Assembly: GCA_043808785.1 (NCBI GenBank)
Contig: JAZDEL010000009.1
Location: 120,001 to 152,000, forward strand
Direction: 5' to 3'
Length of the DNA stretch: 32,000 bases
Origin: Candidatus Iainarchaeum sp.
GTDB lineage: Archaea > Iainarchaeota > Iainarchaeia > Iainarchaeales > JAZDEL01
The translations under genes and the position numbers were made by a program. This document shows positions 31,476 through 32,000 of this stretch, one piece after another (the first letter of the stretch is position 1; every line of letters begins with the position of its first letter). The notes under the pieces are model-generated. The model was not told the origin of the DNA, made no database searches, and saw only the letters and a list, made by a program, of their open reading frames with translations.

Positions 31476-32000
31476 GTGCTGACTATCGTAGTGCCCTGCC
31501 ACAATGAGGAACAGAACCTGGAGGAATGCATCCGCAGGGTTCCGCAGATGCCGTGGGAAACCGAAATAATTGTGGTTGACGACGGCAGCACGGACCGAAC
31601 CGCGCATGTTTGCCGCGGGGTTGCGGGGGAAGAAAGGCGGAAAGGCAGGGCCGTGCGGCTTGTAAGTTACGGGAAAAGCCGCGGCAAGGGGTTTGCATTG
31701 AGGCGGGGTTTGGAAAGCGCGAATGGGGGGGTAGTTGCAATACTTGATGCCGACATGCAGAACCCGCCGGAGGAGCTGCCGCACATTGTGGAGCCCATAA
31801 TGAACGGAAGTGCGGATTTTGTCAACACAAACCGCTTTGCGGGGGGAGGGCACGGATTCAATTTTCATTCCGCAAGGAACAGGCTCCTCGCATTCTTCTT
31901 TGCGGGCATTACAGGCATAAATGTAAGGGACTGCCTGAGCGGAATGAAGATTTTCAGGGCGGAACCGCTGAAGGGGCGGCTTAAAGAGGACGGCTGGCCC
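31476..32000 (+). CDS. Family-2 glycosyltransferase (Dpm1/polyprenyl-phosphate glycosyltransferase-like), 3' end cut by window
   Basis: Not in the ORF track because it runs off the window. Translation gives (V)LTIVVPCHNEEQNLEECI...IIVVDDGSTDRT...GKGFALRRGL...AILDADMQNPPEEL...DFVNTNRF, with the GT-A DxD motif (DAD). GTG is the only start after the in-frame TAG at 31461. Confidence 0.85.
   Translation, partial: MLTIVVPCHNEEQNLEECIRRVPQMPWETEIIVVDDGSTDRTAHVCRGVAGEERRKGRAVRLVSYGKSRGKGFALRRGLESANGGVVAILDADMQNPPEELPHIVEPIMNGSADFVNTNRFAGGGHGFNFHSARNRLLAFFFAGITGINVRDCLSGMKIFRAEPLKGRLKEDGWP

Noticed and set aside
1-32000. Scan for tRNA, rRNA, transposase, integrase, reverse transcriptase, toxin-antitoxin pairs or terminal inverted repeats that would define a mobile element around the accessory blocks.
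   Set aside because: I recognised none by eye. The accessory blocks have no flanking tRNA or recombinase, so I cannot call them mobile elements from this window alone.

Overview
Moderately GC-rich, densely coding prokaryotic chromosomal window. I read it as archaeal. This is an inference from promoter grammar: most first-in-unit genes have an 8-12 nt A/T-rich TATA-like box centred about 24-30 nt upstream of the start codon and no Shine-Dalgarno. Internal cistrons use GGAGG/GGTGA-type SDs or ATGA/TAATG overlaps, and the small wHTH regulators are also archaeal in style. The core content is a nearly complete de novo purine pathway with its folate one-carbon supply: purQ(partial)-purL-purS (-), purD plus 5-formyl-THF cyclo-ligase (+), purH (-), glyA-folD-purN (-), purA (-), purE-purC and purB-purM (+). 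purF and purK/purT are not seen. Several enzymes have unusual architectures: a tandem-duplicated PurS, K/G-rich inserts in PurL, a ~185-aa polyacidic tail on PurD, a ~45-aa G/N-rich insert in PurA, and a PurE with an internal degenerate repeat and a SAHK loop. There are two accessory blocks. Block (i), 3.7-9.7 kb, holds a GNAT, three tandem stem-loops, a stand-alone Cas4-like Fe-S PD-(D/E)XK nuclease, two divergent wHTH genes around a 24-bp palindrome, an XRE regulator with three paralogous DER-motif membrane proteins, a repeat-bearing lipoprotein and an AlkD-like gene remnant. Block (ii), 25.4-32 kb, holds a CheC-type phosphatase translationally coupled to purM, next to an orphan CheY-like receiver and a membrane histidine kinase. 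It then continues with a PF14907-like nucleotidyltransferase, an ABC-2 exporter, a GAMT/RMT2-like methyltransferase and a GT2. I saw no rRNA, tRNA, CRISPR array, transposase or integrase by eye. All family calls come from motif recognition and recalled sequences; no database search was possible.
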